64,000 bases of DNA, taken from positions 49,494 through 113,493 of the forward strand of contig DUFD01000044.1 in NCBI GenBank assembly GCA_011171075.1, written 5' to 3'. This document shows, one piece after another, positions 40,057 to 49,609 of this stretch. The notes beneath the pieces were generated by a model. The model worked only from the letters and a program-made list of their open reading frames with translations. It was not told the origin of the DNA and did no database searches. A program made the position numbers and the translations under genes. This DNA comes from Dehalococcoidia bacterium. GTDB lineage: Bacteria > Chloroflexota > Dehalococcoidia > Dehalococcoidales > Fen-1064. Position 1 is the first letter of the stretch; every line of letters begins with the position of its first letter.

Positions 40057-40869
40057 ATGCGTTTGCCTTTGATTGCCGGTAACTGGAAGATGAATACCAC
40101 GGTGAATGAAGCCGTTGAGCTGGTAAGCCAGATCCGTAAGGGTATCGGAGGCGCCTTCGATGTTGAGATTCTGGTCTGTCCGCCTTTCGTTTCTCTGACC
40201 GCAGTAAAAGAGGCGCTACAGGGTTCTGCCATAAAGCTGGGTGCGCAGAACCTGCACTATGAGGAAAAGGGGGCGTTCACTGGAGAGGTATCACCGCTGA
40301 TGCTTGCCGGCCTGTGCGAATATGTCATAATCGGTCACTCCGAGCGGCGACATATATTTGGTGAAACGAGCGAGATTGTTAATAAAAAGATGGGTGCCGC
40401 ATTGAAAGCCGGGCTCAAACCTGTCCTGTGCATCGGTGAGAAGCTGGAGGACAATGAGGCAGGCCGGACGGCCGAGGTGGTCACCGAGCAGTTGCAGACC
40501 TCCCTGGCGGGGATTAATGTGTCCGCTGAGCTCGTGGTTGCCTACGAGCCGGTCTGGGCGATTGGAACGGGCAGGGCAGCCCATGGCAAGCAGGTGAACG
40601 AGACGGCTGCTCTTGTTCGGGACGTACTCGCCAAGCTGTCCAGTAAAGAGATAGCCGGGGAGATTCGTGTTCTCTACGGTGGCAGCGTTACCGCCGAGAA
40701 CGTCGCCGAGTTCCTGGAACAGTCCGAGATAGATGGTGCTCTTGTCGGCGGGGCCAGCCTGAAATCGGGACAGTTCATTACCATGATACAGGAAGCGGAG
40801 TACATCTACTTCCCGAACAACCTGCAGAGCAAAGACCAGATGACCTGGTGGAATGCCCACGAAGAGTAA
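40057..40869 (+). CDS. tpiA: Triosephosphate isomerase
   Basis: AGNWKM, IGHSERR, AYEPVWAIGTG, YGGSV, LVGGASL. Confidence 0.98.
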   Translation: MRLPLIAGNWKMNTTVNEAVELVSQIRKGIGGAFDVEILVCPPFVSLTAVKEALQGSAIKLGAQNLHYEEKGAFTGEVSPLMLAGLCEYVIIGHSERRHIFGETSEIVNKKMGAALKAGLKPVLCIGEKLEDNEAGRTAEVVTEQLQTSLAGINVSAELVVAYEPVWAIGTGRAAHGKQVNETAALVRDVLAKLSSKEIAGEIRVLYGGSVTAENVAEFLEQSEIDGALVGGASLKSGQFITMIQEAEYIYFPNNLQSKDQMTWWNAHEE

Positions 40870-40914
40870 TACTGCTGCATTTACAGCGGGGTCTTTCTCG
40901 TTATCAATGATAGA

Positions 40915-41826
40915 ATGAAGAGCTTGGTGGCCATAGTCGGGCCTACCGGAACAGGCAAGAGTCGCCTGGCCCTTCATCTTGCCCGCAACCTCAATGCCGA
41001 GATTGTCAGTGCTGACAGCCGGCAGGTGTACCGCTACCTGGACATCGGTACTGCCAAGCCTACTCGAGAAGAACTTTCTGCGGTACCGCATCATCTTATT
41101 GACATAATCGACCCCGACGAGGATTTCAGCCTGGCCCAATATCAACAGCTTGCCGGTGAAGCTATTGCCGTTATTCAACAGCGTGGCAAACTTCCGTTAC
41201 TGGTTGGCGGTAGCGGTCTGTACGTATGGGCGGTCCTCGAAGGTTGGCAGATTCCCAGGGTCCCACCTGATACAGAATTCAGGAACCGATTGGAGAAGCA
41301 GGCCGCCGAGGTTGGCGGTGAGCAACTTTATCAGGAGCTTCTGAAAGCTGACCCGGTGGCGGCACAGAGGATTGACCCGCATAACGTCCGGCGTGTTATC
41401 AGGGCGCTCGAGGTGAGCCAGCGTGGCTCTCCTGTTTCGAAGCTTAGCAGCAAGGGGGCTGCCCCGTATGATTATCTGATTATCGGTCTCACAACGGACA
41501 GGGCGGAGTTGTACCGACGCATCGATGCTAGGGTAGACGATATGATTGAGCGAGGTCTTGTGGATGAAGTGAAGCGTTTGGTGGAGATGGGCTACGGGTT
41601 CGACCTGCCGGCGATGTCCGGTATCGGCTACCGGCAGGTCGGCATGTACCTGCGGGGAGAGCTCGACCTGGCTCAGGCGATAGAAAAGATAAAGGTGGAG
41701 ACCCACCGCCTGGTGCGGCAGCAGTACAATTGGTTTCGTCTGAAGGACGAGCGGATACGCTGGCTTGACATAAGATATGACATCGAGGGGGAAGCGGAGA
41801 GGCTGATTAGGGAGTTTGTGAGATAA
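40915..41826 (+). CDS. miaA: tRNA dimethylallyltransferase
   Basis: GPTGTGKS, SADSRQVY..LDIGTAKP, PHHLID, VGGSGLY. Confidence 0.97.
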   Translation: MKSLVAIVGPTGTGKSRLALHLARNLNAEIVSADSRQVYRYLDIGTAKPTREELSAVPHHLIDIIDPDEDFSLAQYQQLAGEAIAVIQQRGKLPLLVGGSGLYVWAVLEGWQIPRVPPDTEFRNRLEKQAAEVGGEQLYQELLKADPVAAQRIDPHNVRRVIRALEVSQRGSPVSKLSSKGAAPYDYLIIGLTTDRAELYRRIDARVDDMIERGLVDEVKRLVEMGYGFDLPAMSGIGYRQVGMYLRGELDLAQAIEKIKVETHRLVRQQYNWFRLKDERIRWLDIRYDIEGEAERLIREFVR

Positions 41827-41835
41827 CCGGTGGTT

Positions 41836-42669
41836 CTATTGAAGTATCGTGTTGTCCAGCAGCCTCGTCTTACCGAACCTGACCACCAGTGACAACAGTG
41901 CAGAATCGGTAATGGTTTCCAGTTCTTCCAGTGTCCTGATATCGGCGATGCTGACGTACTCTATCTCGGCCAGGGGCTGCTGCCGGATGTGGTCGGTTAC
42001 TACCTGCCGCAGGTGTTCAGCATTTCTTTCGCCCTGTGACCACAACTCTTCGGCAAATTTTATTGCCTCGTAGAGAGACACTGCTGCCTGACGCTGCTCG
42101 GGACGGAGGTAGACATGGCGACTGCTCATGGCCAAGCCGTCGGGCTCACGCACTGTGGGGCAGACGACTATCTCCAGGTTCATGTTGAGGTCGGCCACCA
42201 TCTTCTTTATGACCAGTGCCTGCTGGGCGTCCTTCTGTCCGAAGTAGGCACGGGTCGGCTTGACGATGTTGAACAGCTTGGTGCAGACGGTGGTGACGCC
42301 GCGGAAATGGGTCGGGCGGGAAGCCCCCTCAAGTCGTTCCGTGAGCTTGCCTACCTCCACCCAGCTGCTGAATCCTTGCGGGTACATATCGGCGACTGTC
42401 GGCATGAAGACTACGTCCGTACCGGCCTCCTCAAGCATGGCCAGGTCACTCTTGGTATCACGGGGGTAGTCCTCGAAGTCCTCGGCAGGCCCGAACTGGG
42501 TAGGGTTGACGAAAATACTGGCGGCCACTGAAGCATTTTCTTCGTGGGCGCGCCTCACCAGTGCGATGTGGCCTTCGTGGAGATAGCCCATGGTGGGGAC
42601 AAAACCCAACGGCTCGGCCAACTCAGACCGCAGCCGTTTCATCTGGGCTATTGATTCAGCAACCTGCAT
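41836..42669 (-). CDS. panC: Pantoate-beta-alanine ligase
   Basis: VPTMGYLHEGH, FVNPTQF, FGQKDAQQ, GLAMSSR. Confidence 0.97.
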   Translation of the reverse strand: MQVAESIAQMKRLRSELAEPLGFVPTMGYLHEGHIALVRRAHEENASVAASIFVNPTQFGPAEDFEDYPRDTKSDLAMLEEAGTDVVFMPTVADMYPQGFSSWVEVGKLTERLEGASRPTHFRGVTTVCTKLFNIVKPTRAYFGQKDAQQALVIKKMVADLNMNLEIVVCPTVREPDGLAMSSRHVYLRPEQRQAAVSLYEAIKFAEELWSQGERNAEHLRQVVTDHIRQQPLAEIEYVSIADIRTLEELETITDSALLSLVVRFGKTRLLDNTILQ

Positions 42670-42676
42670 TGCCGCC

Positions 42677-43510
42677 TTACTTCGTGGCCAGTCCGGCCAG
42701 TATGCTTTCGTCCATGGCGATGCTTTGTTTCTTGGTGGGGAAGTCGCCGGCACGGACCTCGTTGTAGTACTCCGTAACGGCGCCGGTTATGATATCGGCC
42801 AGCCTGGCGTACTGCTTGGCATGCCGCGGTACGAAATCGGTGAAAGAGCCGAGCAGGTCGTTGATTACCTGGACCTGACCGTCGCATTGAGGACCGGCAC
42901 CAATACCAATGGTAGGGACACTGACCTTTTGTGTTATCAGGCCTGCCAACGGGGCAGGTACTGTCTCCAGGACAATGGAAAATACACCTGCCTGCTCCAG
43001 GGCTTTAGCGTCTTCGAGTATTCTGACGGCCGCCTCAGGGGTCTTCCCCTGGGCACGGTGCCCGCCGAACTGGTTGATTGACTGGGGTGTTAGTCCAATG
43101 TGTCCCATCACCGGGATTCCGCACTCGACGATTCTCCTTGCTTTTTCGGCGACGGTAACGCCACCCTCCAGCTTGACGGCCTGGCAACCACCTTCCTGTA
43201 TAAAGCGGGCTGCGTTGCGCAGGGCGTCCTCAACGGTGACGTGGTAGGTCATGAAAGGCATATCGCCGACGACCAGCGCCTGCTCTGTGCCTCTGACGAC
43301 TGCCCTGGTGTGGTGCAGCATTACTTCCATAGTTACCGGGATGGTGTTCTCGTAGCCCAGGACAACCATACCCAGGCTATCGCCGACGAGAATCAGTGGT
43401 ACGCCTACCCGGTCAACGAGCTTGGCGGTCGTGTAGTCGTAAGCGGTGAGCATGACGATTTTCTCACCGTTTTGCTTCATCTCTCTTATCTGGTTAATAG
43501 TGGTGCGCAT
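42677..43510 (-). CDS. panB: 3-methyl-2-oxobutanoate hydroxymethyltransferase
   Basis: MLTAYD, LVGDSLG, VKLEGG, GHIGLTPQ, CDGQVQV. Confidence 0.98.
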   Translation of the reverse strand: MRTTINQIREMKQNGEKIVMLTAYDYTTAKLVDRVGVPLILVGDSLGMVVLGYENTIPVTMEVMLHHTRAVVRGTEQALVVGDMPFMTYHVTVEDALRNAARFIQEGGCQAVKLEGGVTVAEKARRIVECGIPVMGHIGLTPQSINQFGGHRAQGKTPEAAVRILEDAKALEQAGVFSIVLETVPAPLAGLITQKVSVPTIGIGAGPQCDGQVQVINDLLGSFTDFVPRHAKQYARLADIITGAVTEYYNEVRAGDFPTKKQSIAMDESILAGLATK

Positions 43511-43521
43511 GGTTCCCCTCC

Positions 43522-43893
43522 TTAAACTGGAGCGGTTTCGGTGATTCGTCGGACTGAGGTGCTGACATTGTTGGTATTCACGTGGACGATTGTGGGCCGG
43601 AAGGTGCGGGCTTCTTCCTCGTTAACATGGCAGTAGGAGAGGATAATAACCAGGTCGCCGCGCGAGACCAGCCTGGCAGCCGCCCCGTTGACGCAAATCT
43701 CGCCCGGGCCACCTTCAATGGCGTAGGTGGTGAAGCGGGAGCCGTTGTTGATATCCAGCACCTGTACCTGCTCGAAGGGCAGGATATCGGCTTCCTCCAT
43801 GAGCTTGCGGTCGATGGTGATACTGCCTTCGTAGTTAATATTGCAGTCCGTGATGGTTGCCCGGTGAATTTTACTCTTCAGCATGATTCTCAT
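43522..43893 (-). CDS. panD: Aspartate 1-decarboxylase
   Basis: [16 protein letters not shown] autocleavage site, NGAAAR. Confidence 0.97.
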   Translation of the reverse strand: MRIMLKSKIHRATITDCNINYEGSITIDRKLMEEADILPFEQVQVLDINNGSRFTTYAIEGGPGEICVNGAAARLVSRGDLVIILSYCHVNEEEARTFRPTIVHVNTNNVSTSVRRITETAPV

Positions 43894-43985
43894 AGTACTT
43901 CCCTCATATCAGGTTCATTCCGGTATTCTCCGGCATTCCTGCTTGTCTATTACCTCCGTGTTTAGATGGTGATTGAGTTCCCCCT

Positions 43986-44861
43986 TTATCTTACTTCTAC
44001 TCTAGAATCCTCAAGCAGCCTCTGTAGTTCACCAGCCTGCTGCTGATTTATTCGCCCCTTGGCCAACGCAATCGGAATGGTCTGCCGGCCGAGGTCGAGG
44101 TACGTGGGGAGCACTGCAGGGGCTGCCTTTTCCAGGGCATTAATGTGTTTCGTGATGGTGCCGGTATCACCACGGGCAATCGGTCCGGTGAGGCATTGCG
44201 GGATACCGACCCTTTCGATATTGGCAATCGTGCCGCGTAATAGCGGAAGCAGTGCATTAGTAGCCTGTTCAGGCGGGACATTGAAGGTCTGCCAAAGGTC
44301 GGTGGCCAGCTTGACTAGGGTAACGAGGTAGTTGCAGGCAATGACGGCGGCGGCGTGATAGAGTACTTTGTCTTCAGATTTCAGCTCTATCCAGGTGCCA
44401 TCAAGAGTGGTGGCAATTTCTTTGAGCGTGCTCAGCAGGGGCTCATCAGCTTCGAGGGCAAAGGTCGAGCCAGCGATGTTGTTTATAGCCTGTTCAACAC
44501 TGGCGAAGGTCTGCAGGGGATGAATAGCACCGACACTGGCTCCCTGCGTTCTGGCTGGCTCAAGCGAATTGACGGAATCGGCACCGCTGCAATGAGCGAC
44601 GCTCTGGCCAGGGTGCCATTTAATTGAGGATACTACGGTGGAGATAGCGTCGTCCGGGGTGGTGATGAAGACAAGCTCAGCGGAATCGGCGACAGCCTGG
44701 CTGCTTGTTACGGCACTACAGCCATTGATGGCCTGCGCCAGCCTGTCGGCTGATGCCTGACTTCGACTGGCAACGGCGACCACTTGATACCCGCGCTCGC
44801 TTAGCCTGATTGCAAGCGCCGTGCCTACCGTTCCAGCCCCTATAAATCCCAGCTTTGGCAT
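43986..44861 (-). CDS. Rossmann-like/DUF2520 protein, probable PanG-type ketopantoate reductase
   Basis: GAGTVG, HCSG, HPLQTF, YHAAAV..N, LTGPIARGD; first gene of pan operon, no panE in window. Confidence 0.85.
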   Translation of the reverse strand: MPKLGFIGAGTVGTALAIRLSERGYQVVAVASRSQASADRLAQAINGCSAVTSSQAVADSAELVFITTPDDAISTVVSSIKWHPGQSVAHCSGADSVNSLEPARTQGASVGAIHPLQTFASVEQAINNIAGSTFALEADEPLLSTLKEIATTLDGTWIELKSEDKVLYHAAAVIACNYLVTLVKLATDLWQTFNVPPEQATNALLPLLRGTIANIERVGIPQCLTGPIARGDTGTITKHINALEKAAPAVLPTYLDLGRQTIPIALAKGRINQQQAGELQRLLEDSRVEVR

Positions 44862-44885
44862 TTCGCACCTCACTCCAAAGCCCGG

Positions 44886-45035
44886 AATAAAAATACCCTC
44901 TCAGGCACCACCCGAGAGGGCATCTCAGCATCAATATTGTGCCGTCTCGGTCGTATCCGATCCAAGCGACCATCTATTGTTAAAAATCCCCGGTAGCTCA
45001 CCACCTGCCCGGTTGGTGGCCGTTTTCTTACCGGT
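44886..45035 (-). ncRNA. pan-motif-like cis-regulatory leader with intrinsic terminator
   Basis: Two stem-loops (CCGGTA/TACCGG with CCACC/GGTGG; GGTCG/CGACC), then a 13-bp terminator stem (44893-44923) plus U tract before panG. Confidence 0.72.
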
Positions 45036-45041
45036 ACTTGG

Positions 45042-45070
45042 ATACTAACAGTTTCAGGCGTATTTGTCAA
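45042..45070 (-). promoter_or_regulatory. sigma70-type promoter of pan operon
   Basis: TTGACA-17-TAGTAT with extended TG. Confidence 0.8.
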
Positions 45071-45212
45071 TAGCGGGGCTTCTATTTCGGGGTACGTAAT
45101 TACGCCTATTGGTGAAATAATGCTGTATTCTTGAGGCTGATTCGGGTATCATGGGGAAACAACTAGTACTTTAGAAAGGGTGGAAGACTCATAGTAGTAT
45201 TTTTGTCCCTGC

Positions 45213-45956
45213 TCAGCCTCTCTTCCGTCCATATATCAGTGTACCCCGCCAGGTTGCGTATTCGGGCTGGCTCAGGGTCCTGATATAGGTTTCCAGTTTA
45301 TTAACACCACGCTCGAATTCTGTCTGAGGTAAAAGGCGATAGGTGGAGACATATTTGCCTTTTACCTTGCGAAGGTATTCTTCGTCTATTGAGATGCGTT
45401 CACCGAGCACCGCTTCGTGTTTGATATCATGGAAGCCGGCAGTGACCAGCAGGTCACATATTACGGGTACATCAGGGAATCTGGCTTTGTCAATATCAAT
45501 AGCACCGGGGAAAAACCGTTTAAAGACGGGATGCTCGTTTTCGATTTGCTCGTGACTGGATGTCAGAAGGACCAGTGCCCCGTCCCTCAAAACTCGATGG
45601 CATTCTGAAAACAGGTGCTCCAGGTTGCTTATCTGATGGATAACATAGGTCGCCGTGATGATATCGAAGCAGCTGTCACGGAAAGGCAGCCTGTTATTTG
45701 CTGCGTTAGTGCATATTACTTCCAGTGATTTCTCTCTGGCTGCCCTCAGCATAGGTAAAGAGATATCAACACCGACTATGTCCAGATTTAATAGGTCGAG
45801 TAGCTGGCTGGCCAGGCTTCCGGTACCACAGCCCACATCGAGGACCTTCATTCCTTCTCGAATCCCACCAAACTCGGCCAGTTTTTGGGTACGGTGTTTT
45901 GAGAATGAACGATACTCGTCGTACGTCTGGGAGATATCTGTATAATCGATGCTCAT
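45213..45956 (-). CDS. Class I SAM-dependent methyltransferase
   Basis: VLDVGCGTG, GVDIS..ML, LPF.D..FD, E..RVL. Confidence 0.9.
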   Translation of the reverse strand: MSIDYTDISQTYDEYRSFSKHRTQKLAEFGGIREGMKVLDVGCGTGSLASQLLDLLNLDIVGVDISLPMLRAAREKSLEVICTNAANNRLPFRDSCFDIITATYVIHQISNLEHLFSECHRVLRDGALVLLTSSHEQIENEHPVFKRFFPGAIDIDKARFPDVPVICDLLVTAGFHDIKHEAVLGERISIDEEYLRKVKGKYVSTYRLLPQTEFERGVNKLETYIRTLSQPEYATWRGTLIYGRKRG

Positions 45957-46088
45957 CTTTTGCCCTGGATTATACCATCTCTATCTTGCCGAAGCATCCC
46001 GTTGTTTCTGGTTCACCCCTGTTAGGGGTATAATAGGGCAGAACCTGAGTGATATAATTGGGTCGTGGAGTAACCCGCAGGGGTGGAG

Positions 46089-47111
46089 ATGCACGAGGCA
46101 CTGCTCTTTGAGAAACTACCATCCTCTTTCGTCCGATGTGGCACCTGTCAATGGCGCTGCACCATTGCTCCGGGTGAATCCGGCTACTGCCGCATATACC
46201 AGAACCGGGATGGGAGTCTGTACAATCTCAACTATGCTCAGGTCTCCTCAATGGCCGCCGACCCGATTGAGAAGAAACCGCTATTTCACTTCTATCCCGG
46301 GAGTCTGTGCTTTTCACTTGGTGGCTGGGGGTGTAACTTCCACTGCGAAGGCTGCCAGAACTGGCAGATTTCAGCGGTCCGTGATAGAGAACGGTGGTAC
46401 GGCTCCCGTGAGGTGCTGCCGGAGGTGGCGGTGCAACTGGCGCAAAATTATGACTGCCAGGGCATCTCCTGGACATACAACGAGCCGAGTATCTGGTTTG
46501 AATACACCCTGGATTCGGCCCGTCTGGCCAAGGAGAGGGGTCTGTACACTGTTTACGTGACCAACGGATATCTGACCCCCGATGCGCTGGACACAATCGG
46601 GCCGTATCTGGATGCCTGGCGGGTAGATGTCAAGGGCTTTTCCGATATCCTGTACCGCAAGTTGACGAAGATTATGCACTGGCGGGGAGTCCTTGAAGTG
46701 GCCGAGCGGGCAAAGCACAAGTGGAACATGCATGTCGAGGTGGTCACCAACGTCATCCCTACCATGAATGACGATGACGAACAGCTCAAGGGTATTGCCG
46801 CCTGGATATATGAAAAACTGGGTGAACTGACACCTTGGCATGTGACCAGGTTCCATCCACAGTACCAGATGATGGACCTGCCGATGACCCCCCTCGCTAC
46901 CCTGGAACATGCCTATGATATCGGGCGGGCTGCCGGTCTCAAGTTTGTTTACTTGGGAAACGTACCGGGACATGAATCGGAAAACACGGTCTGTTACTCC
47001 TGCGGTAAGCTCGATGTCGCCAGGTCTGGCTATGAGACCCGGATAACAGGGCTGGCGGGGTCAAAGTGTCAGTTCTGTGGTGCGGAGCTTAATATCAGGA
47101 CAAACGGTTGA
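46089..47111 (+). CDS. amrS: AmmeMemoRadiSam system radical SAM enzyme
   Basis: DPIEKKPL.HF.PG, CNFHCEGCQNW, TYNEP, VTNGY, terminal Zn ribbons. Confidence 0.92.
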   Translation: MHEALLFEKLPSSFVRCGTCQWRCTIAPGESGYCRIYQNRDGSLYNLNYAQVSSMAADPIEKKPLFHFYPGSLCFSLGGWGCNFHCEGCQNWQISAVRDRERWYGSREVLPEVAVQLAQNYDCQGISWTYNEPSIWFEYTLDSARLAKERGLYTVYVTNGYLTPDALDTIGPYLDAWRVDVKGFSDILYRKLTKIMHWRGVLEVAERAKHKWNMHVEVVTNVIPTMNDDDEQLKGIAAWIYEKLGELTPWHVTRFHPQYQMMDLPMTPLATLEHAYDIGRAAGLKFVYLGNVPGHESENTVCYSCGKLDVARSGYETRITGLAGSKCQFCGAELNIRTNG

Positions 47112-47124
47112 GGAGGTGGGCGTG

Positions 47125-48438
47125 ATGATTAGAGAGCCTGTTGTCGCAGGGTCATTTTACCCGGGAAAGGCTGACCAGCTCCGGTCAATGCTGGAACAAC
47201 TGGTCGATGTGGCGGTAGCCAAAGAAGATGTGGTCGGAGCACTGATGCCGCATGCCGGTTACCAGTACTCTGGAGTGGTGGCCGGGGCGGTTATATCACG
47301 GGTCAGGTTTACGGATACGTTTGTTATCATGGGACCGAGTCACACCGGACTGGGAGAGCCCTTCAGCATCATGACTGAAGGTGTTTGGAGAACCCCGTTG
47401 GGTGAAGTGGCGATTGATGATGAGCTTGGTAAAAAGATTCTGTCCTTATCACGCTTCCTAAAGGAAGACCACGTAGCCCATCTTCAGGAGCACTCCGTCG
47501 AGGTCCAGCTGCCCTTTTTGCAGTTTTTTAAGCCGGACGTGGAAATAGTGCCCATCGTTCTCATGCCTGCCGATGTCGCTGCCTACCAGGAGATTGGACA
47601 GGCGATAGCCGGGGCAATCGGCGAGCTTGGCAGAGAGGCGGTAATAATTGCTTCCGGGGACATGACGCACTACGAGCCGCAAAAGGTTGCCAACGAAAAG
47701 GACCGGCAGGGGATAGAGGCAATGCTTGGTCTGGATGAGGTGGAACTATTAATAAGGGTTCGCAGGCAAGGCATATCGATGTGTGCCTATGCCCCGGCAG
47801 CTGTTATGATTGCTGCTGCCAAAGAACTCGGTGCTGGGGGGGCGGAACTCGTCAGGTACCAGACAAGCGGTGATACCACGGGCGACTATTCGGCGGTGGT
47901 GGGATATGCGGGTATCATTATCAAGAAGGGTGGTATGTCTCCCATTGCTAAGCTGGCCAAGGAGGCTGTCGAGAACTACGTCCGCGACGGCAAGCGGTTC
48001 AAGCCGAAGAATCTTGTGCCTGAGATGAAGACTAGGGCCGGCGTCTTTGTCTCCCTCCACAAGCACCACGAGCTACGTGGCTGCATCGGGACTTTTGAGC
48101 CGGTGGAGAGCAACGTTGCTGAGGAAATTGTGACCAACGCCATCAGTTCGGCGACCCGTGACCCGCGTTTTCTGCCCGTGAGTAGTGACGAACTGGCCGA
48201 CCTCGAGTATAGCGTCGATGTACTGACAACCGCCGAGCCTGTCGAAAGTGAAGACCAGCTCGACGCTAAGAAATACGGCGTCATCGTGGAAGCTGGATGG
48301 CGAAAGGGCCTCCTTCTTCCTGACCTCGAAGGTGTTGATAACGTTGATGAGCAGATTGATATTTGCCGTATGAAAGCAGGCATTGCTCCCGGCGAGAATG
48401 TCAACCTTTACCGATTCGAGGTGAAGAGATATAAGTAA
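47125..48438 (+). CDS. Fused AmmeMemoRadiSam protein B (MEMO1) and protein A (AMMECR1)
   Basis: PVVAGSFYP, PHAGYQYSG, EHSVEVQLPF, D.THY, VVGYA; then GVFVSL..LRGCIG, A..DPRF, GLLLP. Confidence 0.92.
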   Translation: MIREPVVAGSFYPGKADQLRSMLEQLVDVAVAKEDVVGALMPHAGYQYSGVVAGAVISRVRFTDTFVIMGPSHTGLGEPFSIMTEGVWRTPLGEVAIDDELGKKILSLSRFLKEDHVAHLQEHSVEVQLPFLQFFKPDVEIVPIVLMPADVAAYQEIGQAIAGAIGELGREAVIIASGDMTHYEPQKVANEKDRQGIEAMLGLDEVELLIRVRRQGISMCAYAPAAVMIAAAKELGAGGAELVRYQTSGDTTGDYSAVVGYAGIIIKKGGMSPIAKLAKEAVENYVRDGKRFKPKNLVPEMKTRAGVFVSLHKHHELRGCIGTFEPVESNVAEEIVTNAISSATRDPRFLPVSSDELADLEYSVDVLTTAEPVESEDQLDAKKYGVIVEAGWRKGLLLPDLEGVDNVDEQIDICRMKAGIAPGENVNLYRFEVKRYK

Positions 48439-48462
48439 TAAGGGAGGATCGAAGGGGTAAGG

Positions 48463-49032
48463 ATGATTAAAGACCTGATATTGAAGAACCGCAGCTATCG
48501 CCGTTTCAACGAAGATGTCACTATTGAAATGGAGACCCTGCGGGAACTGGTTGACCTGGCAAGGTGCTCGGCCTCGGCGTCGAACCGCCAGCCGCTGAAA
48601 TATTACCTTGCCTGCGCTCCGGAAACGAATGCCAGAATATTCCCTACATTAAGGTGGGCAGCTGCTCTCACTGACTGGTCCGGTCCGTCCGAGGGCGAGC
48701 GCCCTTCTGCCTATATCATTATCCTCGGCGATACGGCAATAAGCAAGACCTTCGGGGTCGACCACGGTATCGCTGCTCAGAGTATCATGCTTGGTGCCGT
48801 TGATAAGGGACTTGGTGGCTGCATGCTCGCCTCGGTCGACAGGGAAGAACTGCGCAGGCTGCTTGATATCCCGGAGCAGTATGAGATACTACTGGTGCTG
48901 GCACTGGGCAGCCCCAAAGAGAAGGTGGTGCTCGAAGAACTTGAACCGGGTGCCGACTTCCGCTACTGGCGTGATGCCGACAGCGTCCACCACGTGCCCA
49001 AGCGGCGTTTAGATGACATAATCATTGGTTAG
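48463..49032 (+). CDS. Nitroreductase-family flavoprotein
   Basis: RSYRRF, SASNRQP, D.GIAAQ.I.L.A..GLG.C, HVPKR. Confidence 0.9.
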   Translation: MIKDLILKNRSYRRFNEDVTIEMETLRELVDLARCSASASNRQPLKYYLACAPETNARIFPTLRWAAALTDWSGPSEGERPSAYIIILGDTAISKTFGVDHGIAAQSIMLGAVDKGLGGCMLASVDREELRRLLDIPEQYEILLVLALGSPKEKVVLEELEPGADFRYWRDADSVHHVPKRRLDDIIIG

Positions 49033-49078
49033 ATGAAGTTAATGTGAGTCCAAGCCTTCTATCAAGGTACCTAGATTT

Positions 49079-49600
49079 ATGAGTGACATAATCCAAGTTT
49101 TCATCGAAAATCCTGCGGGATCGAGGACTAAAAACATACATAATGAGAAAACATTGGAATTAAAGGGGAGTATACCAGTTACTCGGGCTTACCCCTTCCC
49201 GTATGGGTTTATTCTCGGCACAACCAATGAAGATGGAGGCAATCTGGACTGCTTTGTGTTAACCAATCGCGTCCTTCGTAGAGGTGACGTTGTCGCTTGT
49301 TCCGTTGTGGGTTTAATGGAGCAATTTGAAGATGGTGAGCCAGATCATAACATACTGGCAACGCTAGTGGACGAGTCGGTAGCGTTAACGGAGTCCATGA
49401 AATCTAAACTTAAGAAATTCGTGACCGAGGTATTCAGCGAGTTGGGTGAAGATGTAGATGTGCGACCCTCCGGCAGCGAGGTTCCGGACTACCTGGACGG
49501 AATGGTTCAACGGTTGAAGAGCAAGAAGATAACCCCAGGAGAATTCCTAGACGTTGCTCCAGCGCTAAGTCTAATCAAACAGTGCAGCGACCAAACTTAG
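49079..49600 (+). CDS. Family I inorganic pyrophosphatase-like protein (divergent)
   Basis: V.IE.P.GS..K, YP..YGFI..T..DG..LD; DGDP motif reads DGGN. Confidence 0.7.
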   Translation: MSDIIQVFIENPAGSRTKNIHNEKTLELKGSIPVTRAYPFPYGFILGTTNEDGGNLDCFVLTNRVLRRGDVVACSVVGLMEQFEDGEPDHNILATLVDESVALTESMKSKLKKFVTEVFSELGEDVDVRPSGSEVPDYLDGMVQRLKSKKITPGEFLDVAPALSLIKQCSDQT

Positions 49601-49609
49601 TTACCGTGA

